DNA of 64,000 nucleotides from Sphagnum compactum (taxonomy: Eukaryota): contig OZ234494.1 of NCBI GenBank assembly GCA_965153455.1, forward strand, positions 3,472,001-3,536,000. Reading direction: 5' to 3'. The position numbers were made by a program, and so were the translations under genes. Below, piece by piece: positions 63,400 through 64,000 of this stretch (positions are counted from its first letter, which is position 1; every line of letters begins with the position of its first letter). Below the pieces are notes generated by a model. The model was not told where the DNA came from, made no database searches, and saw only the letters and a program-made list of their open reading frames with translations.

Positions 63400-64000
63400 T
63401 GAATTTGTGCTTCCAAGACACTTGGGTTCTGAAGTTGCCATGGGCAAAATTTGTTGTTGGTTTTGATTGGAGAGTGTACCAATTGAAATGTAAAATGTGC
63501 AATGTGATTGAAGGTTGGGGATAAGCTTTTTGTGGTGAAGTGGGATTTGTTGTGAAATCATGCTAACCAAAGGAAGGTTGTTATTATAATGTAGGTGTAG
63601 CAATAGGGGAATATTATTATTTGAAGACAAATCAACATGTGTTAAATGAACACTTGTATGTACAAAGAGGATGGGATTCTATTTTGCAATAAACAGTTGT
63701 AGGTGTGTGATGAAAAGAAAAAAAAAACTAGTTCAATTTGCATTCATTTTTCATTTGTTTTTACAAGGTAGAACCATTATTAAGTATGAGCAAATGCAAT
63801 CATTATTTGCTTTTCTCAAAATGTTTAACTACCCATCCAAGCATTGGGGTGATAGTGTAGGTTGAAAATCTTGGGCTTGCCATGTGTTTTGTCTATGTTG
63901 GAATTTGTCCATGATTTGACGAAGTTTGTGCAAGTTAGGGATGTCTTCATGTGTGATTACATTTTAGTTAGAAAAATCTACCAATTTGATTTGTATAAAA
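63400..64000 (+). pseudogene. Internally deleted, decayed hAT-like (ZNF862-like) transposase, running off the window end
   Basis: Translated fragments are TWVLKLPWAK..KCAM*..DKLFVVKWDLL*NHA, KKKLVQFAFIFHLFLQGRTIIKYEQMQSLFAFLK...KHWGDSVG* and ILGLPCVLSMLEFVHDLTKFVQVRDVFMCDY. They resemble, from memory, N-terminal and post-catalytic segments of bryophyte/lycophyte hAT transposases. Confidence 0.6.

Overview
AT-rich, intron-containing plant nuclear DNA. The gene set, microsatellite-rich introns, TTTAGGG telo-boxes and hAT/MITE landscape suggest a bryophyte (Sphagnum-like); the taxon is my inference. Six recognisable host genes can be spliced by eye with canonical GT-AG junctions. They are: the 5' part of a plant-type PEP carboxylase (minus strand, cut by the window start two codons into exon 4), an O-fucosyltransferase-family glycosyltransferase (minus), a full-length 15-exon ABCB/P-glycoprotein transporter (minus), the N-alpha-acetyltransferase NAA40/NatD (plus), a single-exon PRA1-family gene (plus) and a CASPL4C-type CASP-like gene (minus). 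A putative 4-exon orphan gene for an acidic protein with duplicated exon modules lies at about 51.4-53.4 kb. The intergenic DNA contains a complete but decayed 4.3 kb hAT element with TIRs and a TSD, a non-autonomous hAT-like element carrying a minisatellite, Tourist-like MITEs, CACTA ends, a Ty3/Gypsy RT relic, a second deleted hAT transposase and many tandem arrays. I see no prokaryote-type system (CRISPR, operon, defence island). The best leads are the orphan modular gene, the tandem amplification of an exon/splice-donor junction in NAA40, the remodelled PEPC regulatory N-terminus and two intronic fold-back hairpins. All calls are by eye; no database search was run.
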